Under the pieces are notes generated by a model, which saw nothing but the letters and a program-made list of their open reading frames with translations, made no database searches and was not told the origin of the DNA. Shown here one piece after another: positions 17,555 through 26,415 of a stretch of DNA of 64,000 bases (position 1 is the first letter of the stretch; the number at the start of each line of letters is the position of its first letter). Source of the DNA: Polyangiales bacterium (GTDB lineage: Bacteria > Myxococcota_A > Polyangia > Polyangiales > Polyangiaceae). The position numbers were made by a program, and so were the translations under genes. The DNA lies in assembly GCA_038231275.1 (NCBI GenBank), contig JBBRLQ010000001.1, positions 192,001 through 256,000 on the forward strand, read 5' to 3'.

Positions 17555-18532
17555 GTGAAGAAGATCTGGTTCGGAGCGTTTTGGGCCCTGCTGTTGATCG
17601 TCGCCTGCAGCGGCGCGAACAACGCGACGAACGGTGGCAGCGAGTCGTGCTCGGCCGGCGCCCCGTGCGGCACGGGCGGCGACATTCAGACCTGCACCAC
17701 GCGTGACTCCGCGGGCGCCTGCACCTCGGTCGTCTACCGCTTGGCGCAGGGCCGCGCCTTCACCTGCACGAGCTGCACCGACTGCGGGCGCACCGTCGCC
17801 GACGTGACGAGCGCGTGCGGACCGGGAACTGTCGTTCCTGGCGGCGACGCCGGCGGCTCGTCCGGCGGGTCCTCGAGTGGTTGCGTCGGTTCGGCGTGCA
17901 ACGCAGACGGCGGGCCGGTCGTCGCATGCAAGGCGGGGAACGACGCGTGCAACAACGGAAACGACTGCTGCAGCAACCGCTGCGTCGTTGGCAAGTGCGA
18001 CCCGTGCGCCGCGGCCGGCGAGGCATGCGTGGGCACGACGTGCTGCGCCAACGCATCGCCGCACCTCACGTGCTTCAAAGGCGCGTGCTCGGCGTGCCTC
18101 GGCGGCGGCGCCGCGTGCAAGACCACGACCGACTGCTGCTCGCAGACCTGCACCGGGGGCACATGCGAGGCGCCCGTCGCGTGCAAAGTCGCGGGCGGCG
18201 CGTGCCAGAAGGCAGACGAGTGCTGCGACGTCGCCGCGGGGTGCAACGTCGGGACCTGCGGGTGCAACGTCACGCAGAGCCTTCCGTCGAAGATTCCGAG
18301 CATTCCGCCGTCGTGCGTAGCGGCGACCCAGGCGTCGTGCTGCTCGCAGGGCAGTGCGTGCGTGAACGATGCGGGATGCGTCACGTACGTCAATTGCCTG
18401 ATCGCCTGCGGGCAGACAAACGCCGCATGCCGCCAGACGTGCCAGACGAACGCGCCGCCCGCCTCGCAGACCATCGCCACGACGTTCGGAACCTGCCTCG
18501 CCGGCGCGGGCGCCTCCGCCTGCATCCCCTGA
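17555..18532 (+). CDS. Cys-rich lipoprotein with four tandem cystine-knot-like modules
   Basis: MKKIWFGAFWALLLIVAC lipoprotein signal; C-C-CC-C-C repeats; C-terminal Cys-rich helical domain. Confidence 0.8.
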   Translation: MKKIWFGAFWALLLIVACSGANNATNGGSESCSAGAPCGTGGDIQTCTTRDSAGACTSVVYRLAQGRAFTCTSCTDCGRTVADVTSACGPGTVVPGGDAGGSSGGSSSGCVGSACNADGGPVVACKAGNDACNNGNDCCSNRCVVGKCDPCAAAGEACVGTTCCANASPHLTCFKGACSACLGGGAACKTTTDCCSQTCTGGTCEAPVACKVAGGACQKADECCDVAAGCNVGTCGCNVTQSLPSKIPSIPPSCVAATQASCCSQGSACVNDAGCVTYVNCLIACGQTNAACRQTCQTNAPPASQTIATTFGTCLAGAGASACIP

Positions 18533-18544
18533 AGCGCGCGCCAC

Positions 18545-18571
18545 GGTCTCTCGTTGCTTACACGGACGCAC
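18545..18571 (+). repeat. 27-bp direct repeat, copy 2
   Basis: Identical to 17458..17484. Confidence 0.92.
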
Positions 18572-18601
18572 AGAAGTGGCCGGCCGAGAGGGCAGCTCGC
18601 C

Positions 18602-18630
18602 TTGCGCACCACAGGACCGTAACGTTTAAT
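18602..18630 (+). promoter_or_regulatory. sigma70-type promoter for RRM gene
   Basis: TTGCGC-N17-TTTAAT about 107 nt upstream of the ATG. Confidence 0.65.
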
Positions 18631-18737
18631 GTGACTCGTTCGGCTGGTTCGGTGCTCTGTGCTCATGACTCGCTTCGATTCCCTCGAAACGCGTAAGGAC
18701 AGCAGCTTCGAAGGCCTTGGCGACGAGGAGGGAAGAC

Positions 18738-19091
18738 ATGACTACGAAGGTCTACGTGGGAAACCTGCCCTACACCTGCGATGAGGCGCAGCTCCGCGAG
18801 CTCTTCGGCGGCGAGGGTCGCAACGTCGCCGACGTCGCGATCATCACCGATCGCATGACCGGACAGCCGCGCGGATTCGCCTTCGTACAAATGGCGACCG
18901 CCGACGACGCAAAGAAGGCGATCGACGCGCTGCATGGCTCGAGCTTCGGCGGACGCACGCTCACCGTGAACGAAGCGCGACCGCGCGAGAGCGGCGGCGG
19001 CGGTGGGGGCGGTGGCGCCTATGGCGGCGGAGGAGGAGGCGGCGGTGGCGGCGGCCGAGATCGCGGCGGACGCGATCGCGAGAGGCGCTAG
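18738..19091 (+). CDS. RRM (RNP-1) RNA-binding protein with Gly-rich tail
   Basis: RNP2 VYVGNL, RNP1 RGFAFVQM, GRTLTVNEARPRE; SD GAGGAGG. Confidence 0.95.
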   Translation: MTTKVYVGNLPYTCDEAQLRELFGGEGRNVADVAIITDRMTGQPRGFAFVQMATADDAKKAIDALHGSSFGGRTLTVNEARPRESGGGGGGGGAYGGGGGGGGGGGRDRGGRDRERR

Positions 19092-19119
19092 TCGAGCGGG
19101 GTCGGACCACGTTCCCAAG

Positions 19120-19155
19120 GTTGTCCACAGGGGTCACGACCCCGATGTGGACGAC
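19120..19155. promoter_or_regulatory. inverted repeat containing DnaA-box-like 9-mers (possible terminator or DnaA site)
   Basis: GTTGTCCACA-GGGGTC-AC-GACCCC-GA-TGTGGACGAC. Confidence 0.5.
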
Positions 19156-19238
19156 TATGACGCGCCGCGTCGAAGTATCGACGGCGATAGACGAAACCAC
19201 GTTTTCGGCGGGGGAAAACCTGTGGTAATCGCGGGGAC

Positions 19239-19679
19239 ATGTCGACGCTGCCCGAAGTCCTCACGAACGAGGCGAAGAAGACCGAAGTGATCGAGGATTG
19301 CTGCGCCCTCATCGACGCCGAGGTCAAGGACAAGGGCGGGCTCAGCGGCCTCGCGATCAAGGCGGGCTACGGCGCGGTGAAGGGCATCAAGCCCGGTTTC
19401 ATCAAGCAAGCGGTGACCGACATGCTGCCCGAGTTCGCGAAGGCGCTCGACCCGCTCTTCCAGGAGTCGAAGGGGCAGGACAAGCCGATCGGGGACTTCT
19501 TCGCGCAGAACTCCACGCGCGCCGCCGACGCCCTCCTCACCATCACCGACGCGCGCGCCGGGCGCGTGAAGAGCGGCGTCGTCAAGGGCACGTACGACAA
19601 GCTCCGCGGCAGCGCGAAGAAGAACGTCGAGGCCGCCATCCCGCGCCTCGGCAAGATGGTCGAGAAGTACGCCGTCTAA
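19239..19679 (+). CDS. DUF6918-like conserved protein
   Basis: LIDAEVKDKGGLSGLAIKAGY...ADALLTITDARA...YDKLRGSAKKNVEAAIPRLG. Confidence 0.75.
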   Translation: MSTLPEVLTNEAKKTEVIEDCCALIDAEVKDKGGLSGLAIKAGYGAVKGIKPGFIKQAVTDMLPEFAKALDPLFQESKGQDKPIGDFFAQNSTRAADALLTITDARAGRVKSGVVKGTYDKLRGSAKKNVEAAIPRLGKMVEKYAV

Positions 19680-19740
19680 CGCGCCGCGATCGCGCGCGCG
19701 GGGTTCACGTCAGGAGTCGTTTCGCTCCGCTGTGCTTCGC

Positions 19741-20298
19741 TCAGCAGCCGCAGAGGCGGACGCAGTTCGGATCGCCGGCGCACTCGCCCGCGCAGGTCTT
19801 GTCGCAGCTGCTCTGAGGAGGGGTCTTGCCCGACGCGCCGGTGCCGGGAGTGCAGCGCCCTTCGTTCACTTGCTGGCAGACCTGCATCTCGGTTTGGTCG
19901 GCGAGGAGCTTCGCGGCCTGGTCGCACGTCGCGGGCGAGCCGAGGGGACAGACCATGCCGTTGCACGCGCACTCGAGATCGAGCGCCTGCCCGCGGATGC
20001 GCCAGCCGCAGTTCGGGTAGACGTCGTGATCGATGAGCACGTTCGGGCACGTGCTTATCGCGGTGCAGATGTGGACCCCGGTGCTCGACTCGACGATGCA
20101 GTCCGCCCCCTGCGCAGTCGGGCCCGCCGCGCCGCCGTCCACGAGGCCCGTAGAAGCGCCTCCATCGCCGCTGCCCGCTCCGCCGCCGCCGTCGCCGCTA
20201 CCGGGTTGCTGGACGCAGCCGCCGAGCGGGGCGGAGAAGAAGAGCGCGGACGCTGCGCCGACAGCGCCGACCACGAGCCACGAGAAGAAGGTGCGCAC
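19741..20298 (-). CDS. Cys-rich lipoprotein, hypothetical
   Basis: Lipobox LGGC, Gly-rich linker, many Cys, ends CVRLCGC; start could be 20334. Confidence 0.72.
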   Translation of the reverse strand: MRTFFSWLVVGAVGAASALFFSAPLGGCVQQPGSGDGGGGAGSGDGGASTGLVDGGAAGPTAQGADCIVESSTGVHICTAISTCPNVLIDHDVYPNCGWRIRGQALDLECACNGMVCPLGSPATCDQAAKLLADQTEMQVCQQVNEGRCTPGTGASGKTPPQSSCDKTCAGECAGDPNCVRLCGC

Positions 20299-20416
20299 GT
20301 CGCGACTCTTCGTGAGCCCGACCTCGGCGGCCAAATTTTCCGCGCGTTACGTACATTTGTCCACACGGCGGACCCGGCCATTTCCAGCGGCGTGCGCACT
20401 CGGTACCGTGCAGGGC

Positions 20417-21535
20417 ATGACCGCACCGCTCGCGACGCACGATCCGTACACCCACGCCCTCTCGCAACTCGTCGGCGCGCTCACCGAGGACGCGGTCTTC
20501 GCGCTGGCAGCCGCACCGCGCGCCCAAGCGGCGGCGCTCGAGGGGTTGGGCAAGCGCCGGACGGACGCGTACACCGCGGTCCTCCAAGGGACCCGCGCGC
20601 TTCGGATGACGGAGGATTTCGATCATTGGGTCGTCGAGCTCACGCGCGCGATCGCGCCGGTGGCGCCGCCGGCGTGGATGCCGATGGGCGAGGTCATCGG
20701 CGAGAAGGTGACCCTCGAGGCCGGCGCGCGCGGGATCCGGAGCCTCTTCTCGAGCAAGCCGAGTGACAAAGACGTCCAGCGCGTCAAGCGCCTCGGCTCG
20801 CTCGCAGTGCGCCTCCTCCGCGCGGTCTTCGCCGCGGACGGACCGGTCGACGCAGAGGAGGCGCGCACGCTCGCCGGCCTCATCGGCTCGCTCGGCCTCC
20901 CCGAGATCGACGCGCAGCCGCTCTACACCGAGGCGCCGGTCGCCATCGAGCACCTCGAGGTGTACGGCGATCTGGAGCCCGGCGTCGGCCGCGCGATGGT
21001 CGCGGGCGCGTGGTACGGCGCCGCGTGGGACGCGATCGACCCGCGCGAAGAGGTGATCGTCCGCACGTTCGCGAACAAGATCTCGCTCCCGATCGAGGAC
21101 GTCGAGCGCCTGCGCGCCGAGGCGACGCACCGCGTGGACGCGCAACGAATCGCCGGGCTCGCGACGACCGACGCCGTCCGCTTCATGCTCACCGATCGCA
21201 CGCCCGGCCTCGGCGTGCAGCTCGCGGCGAAGGCCGGAACGCTCATGCTCCCCTGCCGTTACCGCGAAGAAGCGCTCGCGCAGATCGGCCACGGCTCGCC
21301 CGTCTCCCTCGCGAAGCGGTATACGACGCTCACCGCCGACGAGCGCCTCAGCGTCCTGGGGATCGCGTGGGCCGCGGGCCTGCACGAAGACCCGTCGATG
21401 GGGCGCCGCGCGCTCCTCCGCGCCCGCCACGATCGCGTCGCGCAAGATCTCGGCGAGGACGGCGCGCGCGCCCGCGTGATGATCGACGAGTGGATCAGCC
21501 AGGTCCTACTGCCCGTCGCCTTCAACATGAAGTGA
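20417..21535 (+). CDS. TerB-like repeat protein, hypothetical
   Basis: AVFAADGPVDAEEARTL and AAWDAIDPREEVIV resemble TerB motifs. Confidence 0.65.
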   Translation: MTAPLATHDPYTHALSQLVGALTEDAVFALAAAPRAQAAALEGLGKRRTDAYTAVLQGTRALRMTEDFDHWVVELTRAIAPVAPPAWMPMGEVIGEKVTLEAGARGIRSLFSSKPSDKDVQRVKRLGSLAVRLLRAVFAADGPVDAEEARTLAGLIGSLGLPEIDAQPLYTEAPVAIEHLEVYGDLEPGVGRAMVAGAWYGAAWDAIDPREEVIVRTFANKISLPIEDVERLRAEATHRVDAQRIAGLATTDAVRFMLTDRTPGLGVQLAAKAGTLMLPCRYREEALAQIGHGSPVSLAKRYTTLTADERLSVLGIAWAAGLHEDPSMGRRALLRARHDRVAQDLGEDGARARVMIDEWISQVLLPVAFNMK

Positions 21536-21540
21536 GCAAG

Positions 21541-22380
21541 ATGAACGATCGCACCCTCGGATTCTTGGGCGCTGGCAACATGGCCGGCGCGCTCATCAAA
21601 GGTCTCCTCCACGCGAAGGTGAGCGCGCCGTCGCAAATCTTGGCGAGCGACGCGAAGGCCGACCGCCTGGAGCTCCTCGCGAAGACGCATGGGATTCGCA
21701 CGACGCAGGACAACCACGCGCTGGTTCGCGAGAGCGACGTGATCGTCCTCGCGGTGAAGCCGCAAGTGGTCGACAAGGTCCTCGCGCAGATCGGCGCGGA
21801 CGTGCGGCCGGGGCAGCTCGTGATCAGCGTCGCCGCCGGCGTGCCGATCGCCGCGCTCGAAGGTCGATTGCCGGCGGGCGTGAAGGTGGTGCGCGCGATG
21901 CCGAACACGCCGGCGACGGCGCTCGCGGGGGCCACGGCGATCGCGGGAGGCGAGCACGCGAGCGAGGCGGACATCGAGGTCGCCCGCGCGCTCTTCGAAG
22001 CGGTGGGGCGCGTCGTGGTGCTGGACGAGACGCTCCTCGACGCGGTCACGGGCCTGTCGGGCAGCGGCCCGGCGTACGTGATGCTCATCATCGAGGCGCT
22101 GGCCGACGGCGGCGTGAAGGTCGGGCTCCATCGCGACACCGCGCTCCTCCTCGCCGCGCAGACGGTCTACGGCTCGGCGAAGCTCCTGCTCGAGACCGGC
22201 GAGCACCCTGGACGCTTGAAGGACATGGTCACGAGCCCCGGCGGCACCGCGATCGCCGGCCTCCACACGCTCGAGTCCGGCGGGCTCCGCAGGACGCTCA
22301 TCGACGCGGTCGAGGTCGCGACGAACCGGAGCGCGACGCTCGGCGCGGAGATGAGCGCCAAGCTGCAGCGAAAGACCTGA
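21541..22380 (+). CDS. proC: pyrroline-5-carboxylate reductase
   Basis: GFLGAGNMA, LAVKPQ, RAMPNTP, TGLSGSGPAY, VTSPGGTAIAG. Confidence 0.97.
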   Translation: MNDRTLGFLGAGNMAGALIKGLLHAKVSAPSQILASDAKADRLELLAKTHGIRTTQDNHALVRESDVIVLAVKPQVVDKVLAQIGADVRPGQLVISVAAGVPIAALEGRLPAGVKVVRAMPNTPATALAGATAIAGGEHASEADIEVARALFEAVGRVVVLDETLLDAVTGLSGSGPAYVMLIIEALADGGVKVGLHRDTALLLAAQTVYGSAKLLLETGEHPGRLKDMVTSPGGTAIAGLHTLESGGLRRTLIDAVEVATNRSATLGAEMSAKLQRKT

Positions 22381-22392
22381 CCGACCCGACGG

Positions 22393-23883
22393 CTACTCGC
22401 CGCCCTTCTTCTTCTTGGGCGGGAGCGGCGGCGGGCTCGACGGACCGGCGGGCGGCGGCTTCTGGGAGGGTGGCGGCTTGGAGGCCGGGCCCGAGCCGCT
22501 GCTCGCGGGCGGCGGCGGCGTCGACGCCCTAGGCGCGCTCGGCGGCCCGGAGTTGGCGGTGGACGGCGAGGTGGACGAAGACGTGGACGTCATCGCGGCG
22601 ACGGAGACGGCCGGCGGCGCGGGCGGGAACGACTTGGTCGTCGGTCGCTCGATCTTGGGAACGCTCGGCGCGCCGTCGCTGCGCATCGTCGGGATCTCGG
22701 CCGTCGGCTGCGGGAACGTCGGCACCTCCGCCGTGTTCTCTTTGATCGTCGGCATCGGGCCGGTCTTCGACGGCGGGGGTGGCGCCTTGGGGATGGCGAC
22801 GTTCGGCAGCACGGGCATCGCCGCCGTGTGCACCGGCGGCTGGCTCGCGAGCGGCATGCCCATCATCGTCCCCATCTTGGGCGGCACGCTCGCCTTCGGG
22901 TCGAGCGCTGGCGGCGGCGGCGCCTCGTCGAGGTCGTTGTCGTCTTGGTCGCCGATGTTCACGCGATCGCCGACGATGTAGAGCGGGCGCTGCTTCACCT
23001 GCTCGTAGATGCGCCCGACGTACTCGCCGAGGATGCCGATCATGACGAGCTGCACGCTCGCGAGGAGCGACGTGATCACGACCTGCGCGGTCCACCCCGG
23101 CACCGTCGAGCTCAAGATGAAGTGCACGAACATCGCCCACAGCGCGACGAGCACGCTCATGAAGCTGATGAAGAAGCCGAGGTACGTCGACAGCCGGAGC
23201 GGGACGACCGAGAACGACGTGATGCCGTCCACCGCGAAACGCAGCATCTTGCGGAGCGGGTACTTGGTCTCGCCCGCGAAGCGCGCCGGCCGGTCGTAGA
23301 GCACCGCCGTCTGCTTGAAGCCGATCCACGAGACCATGCCGCGCACGAAGCGGTGCGCCTCGCGGAGCGATCGCAGCGCGACCACGACACGGCGGCTCAT
23401 CAGCCGGAAGTCACCGGTGTCGAGCGGGACCTCGATCGGGATCATCTTCGCGAACAGGCGGTAAAACACCTTCGCCGTGAAGAGCTTGAACGCGGTCTCG
23501 CCCTCGCGCGAGCGACGTTGGCCGTAAACGACGTCGTAGCCCTCGCGCCATTTCTGGACCATCTCGAGGACGACCTCGGGCGGATCCTGCAGATCTGCGT
23601 CCATCACCACCACGGCCTCGCCGCGCGCGTAGTCGATCCCCGCGCTCACCGCGGTCTGATGACCGAAGTTGCGCGCGAACGAGAGGACGCGGTAGCGCGG
23701 CTCGGCGGCGGCGACGCCACGGAGGATCTGGAACGAGAGATCCTTCGATCCGTCGTTGACGAAGATCACTTCGGTGTCGAGCTGCAGCCTCTCCAAGAAC
23801 GACTGGAGCTGCGTGTGAAGCTCGGGGATGACCTCCTCCTCGTTGTAAATCGGGAGGACCAGGCTGATCACGGGGCGTGCCAT
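22393..23883 (-). CDS. GtrB/ArnC-like polyprenol-phosphate glycosyltransferase (GT2) with long Pro-rich tail
   Basis: VNDGSKD, RNFGHQ, MDADLQDPPE, GDFRLMSR, two TM helices, GEYVGRIYEQVKQRPLY. Confidence 0.92.
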   Translation of the reverse strand: MARPVISLVLPIYNEEEVIPELHTQLQSFLERLQLDTEVIFVNDGSKDLSFQILRGVAAAEPRYRVLSFARNFGHQTAVSAGIDYARGEAVVVMDADLQDPPEVVLEMVQKWREGYDVVYGQRRSREGETAFKLFTAKVFYRLFAKMIPIEVPLDTGDFRLMSRRVVVALRSLREAHRFVRGMVSWIGFKQTAVLYDRPARFAGETKYPLRKMLRFAVDGITSFSVVPLRLSTYLGFFISFMSVLVALWAMFVHFILSSTVPGWTAQVVITSLLASVQLVMIGILGEYVGRIYEQVKQRPLYIVGDRVNIGDQDDNDLDEAPPPPALDPKASVPPKMGTMMGMPLASQPPVHTAAMPVLPNVAIPKAPPPPSKTGPMPTIKENTAEVPTFPQPTAEIPTMRSDGAPSVPKIERPTTKSFPPAPPAVSVAAMTSTSSSTSPSTANSGPPSAPRASTPPPPASSGSGPASKPPPSQKPPPAGPSSPPPLPPKKKKGGE

Positions 23884-23923
23884 TGGTCCGGCGTTTATAG
23901 CGGGGCCGCGGGCGCTTGTATCG

Positions 23924-25762
23924 TCAGAAGAAGATCCGCGGGCACCTCGCCCGATCGGCGCCCCGCGCGCGCTGCTCGTCGAGGGTCGCCTGCTGCGCGA
24001 GGTTCGACGCGCGCTCGAGATCGGCGATCTTGTACCAGAGGCACGGGCGACGCGCGCCGTAGCGCTCGGCCTCGTTGCGCAGGAGCGTGAGGCGATCGCG
24101 TCCCGGCGGCTCCCACATCCCCATGAACCACGGGACCTCGTTGGGGACGTGGATCGCGTCGGCGCCTTCGGGGATGGAGTACGCGGGGAGCATCCCCAAG
24201 GCGAAAACCGCGAGCACCGTGACGACGCGCCCTGCGTACGCGAGGCGCAGGCGTGGGAGCGCGAAGGCGGCGAGGAGCGTCGCGCCGAGGAGACAGCCCA
24301 GGGCGATGTACCACGGCGTCGTGCTCGTCCACCCCAGCGGCTCGGCGAGGTGATGCGGCACGAAGCCGGTGCGGATCATCGGCACCGCGACCTGTACGAA
24401 CGGGCGCGTGATGACCTCTGGCAGCGTGTCGAACAAGAGCCCGACCGTGCCGATCGTCACGACGCTCGCGAGGGCGAGGCCTCCCGCGATCGCACGAACG
24501 GGCTCGCGCGCCCAAGGGTGGCGACGCGCGATCGCCTCGAGCGCGACGACGGCGCCGAACGCATAGAACGGCGGCGCTGCTCCCTGGTAGCGCGGCCCGA
24601 CGCTCCAGCCCGCGCGCCACTCGATGATCCCCGCGTTCACGGCGAGAAGCACGGCCATGCACACGAGCCACACGAAGCTCGCGACGCGCAGGACGCGGCG
24701 CTCGCGGCGGCTCTTCGCGACCGGCCACAAAAAGCCGAAGGGGAGCGCGAGCAGACCGAGCGCGAGGTACGGGCTCATCGCGAAGAGCCCGAAGCCGGGA
24801 TCGAGGCTGAGCGCGGTCACGTGCTCCCACGTCGGCCAAATCACGCCCCAGAGACCGGTCTGGTGCTCGGCGGCGAACTTCGCCGACTCGAGCAGCTGGT
24901 GTCCGGGGGTGAATGGATTGTTGTACGCGCGCCAGTGGAACCACATGACGAGCGGCACGTTGATCGCGCCGCCGAGACAGAACGCGAGCGCCGCGCGCCA
25001 CTTGCGGAACACGACGATGCCGAAGAGGCACAGGAGCACGATGACGAAGAGCGCGTGGTACTCGAGCATCACGCACGCCGACGCGAACCAGCCACACCAG
25101 AACGCGCGCGAGGGTCGTCGCCTCTTCGGAACGCCGCGCGAGTCGGCGAGCGCCTCGACCGCGATCGCGAAGCACGCGAACGAGCACACCGCGTAGAGCG
25201 CGTGGCTCGCGAACATGTGAACGTACGCGAGGTAGTTGGTGCCGAGCCCCGCCGCCGCGACCGCCGACAAGCGCAGCGACACGTCCCCCGAGAAGCGACG
25301 CAAGAAGCGCTCGAACCACACGAGGAAGACGAAGCACGGCAGCTGCACCGCCGAGATGCGGCACGCCCACGTGCTCCACCGCAGCCACGTCATCCGCACC
25401 TCCTCGGGCGCGGTCGGCTCGGGAAAATGCCTACCAAAGAGGCCCGACGCCTTCTTGAAGAGCCAATAGCCGGGCAGCGCCGCGTAGACGACGCCCGGCG
25501 CCTTCACCATGAAGTAGTGCGACAGGCCGTCGTCTTTGGACTTCACGCGGGCCATGTCGTTGACCCAGCCGAACGTCTGCACCTCGGTGTCGATGTTGAA
25601 GGTGCGCTGCTCGACGAGCGACATCACCGTGAAGACGCGCACGTACTCGTTGGGGTTGTTGATACCCCGGAGGTACGGGAACACGAAGAACATCGGTACC
25701 AGCGCCAGCGCGAAGAAGATTCGCGTCGCGCGCCGGGCGGAGCCGCTCTCGCGGGGGGTCAT
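23924..25762 (-). CDS. polytopic membrane protein, putative GT-C glycosyltransferase
   Basis: About 11 hydrophobic segments; first loop NNPNEYVR; GWSVGPRY motif. Confidence 0.65.
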   Translation of the reverse strand: MTPRESGSARRATRIFFALALVPMFFVFPYLRGINNPNEYVRVFTVMSLVEQRTFNIDTEVQTFGWVNDMARVKSKDDGLSHYFMVKAPGVVYAALPGYWLFKKASGLFGRHFPEPTAPEEVRMTWLRWSTWACRISAVQLPCFVFLVWFERFLRRFSGDVSLRLSAVAAAGLGTNYLAYVHMFASHALYAVCSFACFAIAVEALADSRGVPKRRRPSRAFWCGWFASACVMLEYHALFVIVLLCLFGIVVFRKWRAALAFCLGGAINVPLVMWFHWRAYNNPFTPGHQLLESAKFAAEHQTGLWGVIWPTWEHVTALSLDPGFGLFAMSPYLALGLLALPFGFLWPVAKSRRERRVLRVASFVWLVCMAVLLAVNAGIIEWRAGWSVGPRYQGAAPPFYAFGAVVALEAIARRHPWAREPVRAIAGGLALASVVTIGTVGLLFDTLPEVITRPFVQVAVPMIRTGFVPHHLAEPLGWTSTTPWYIALGCLLGATLLAAFALPRLRLAYAGRVVTVLAVFALGMLPAYSIPEGADAIHVPNEVPWFMGMWEPPGRDRLTLLRNEAERYGARRPCLWYKIADLERASNLAQQATLDEQRARGADRARCPRIFF

Positions 25763-26415
25763 TTTCCGGGCGCGAGCGTCATCATCAAGTAGACGACGTG
25801 GCGGCTCGTCGGGTTCGAGGGCACGAGGTCCGACGCCTCGATGCGGAGACCGGCCGCGCGCGCGATCGACTCGTAGCCCTCTTTTTCGCGGCAGTGCTTC
25901 CCGCGATCGAGGAACGCGAGGGCGTTGTTGATGTGGCGGCCGGGGACGTACACGATGTCCTGCGTGACGACGCGCGCGAGCCTCGTCGAGGCCTGGAGCG
26001 TCTTGAGGAGCGCGATGGCATAGTCGTCGGCGACGTGGTGGAGCACGCCGGCGAGGATGGCCGCAGTGGGCGACAGCTCCTTCACCTCGCGCGCGGTGAC
26101 GAGGCCGTGCTCGATGCGCACGTGCGGGCGACCCGCGTACGTCTGGCGCATGTAGTCGACGGCGATCGGATCGGTGTCGTAGCCGACGTACTCGTCGAAG
26201 TTGTCGAGGTACCGGAGGGCGTCGCCGGTGCCGCAGCCGACGTCGAGGATGGTGTGCCGCGGACCGCGCAGGCGATCGTAGAGCGGCGACATGTCGATGC
26301 CGCCGAGCACGCGCGGACGCACCTTGTTGTAGACGAACGGGTGCCCCAAAACGCGCTGATAAAGGCTGCCGAGCGGCACGGCGGGGCACGCTAGCACGAA
26401 CGCCTCGGCGCTCAC
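25759..26415 (-). CDS. class I SAM-dependent methyltransferase
   Basis: ILDVGCGTG, YVGYD, GVLHHVAD; 4-nt overlaps with both neighbours. Confidence 0.88.
   Translation of the reverse strand: MSAEAFVLACPAVPLGSLYQRVLGHPFVYNKVRPRVLGGIDMSPLYDRLRGPRHTILDVGCGTGDALRYLDNFDEYVGYDTDPIAVDYMRQTYAGRPHVRIEHGLVTAREVKELSPTAAILAGVLHHVADDYAIALLKTLQASTRLARVVTQDIVYVPGRHINNALAFLDRGKHCREKEGYESIARAAGLRIEASDLVPSNPTSRHVVYLMMTLAPGK

Noticed and set aside
17458-18571. CRISPR array or integron attC interpretation of the 27-bp repeat
   Set aside because: Only two copies about 1.09 kb apart, no cas or intI genes, and no attC-type palindrome with RYYYAAC/GTTRRRY ends
19092-19238. Replication origin (oriC)
   Set aside because: No dnaA/dnaN context and no AT-rich unwinding element
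25763-26389. Apparent N-terminal extension of the 23924 membrane protein (likewise 28419..29096, 21010..21540, 1809..3350)
   Set aside because: Overlaps a better-supported gene in another frame or strand; composition is non-protein-like
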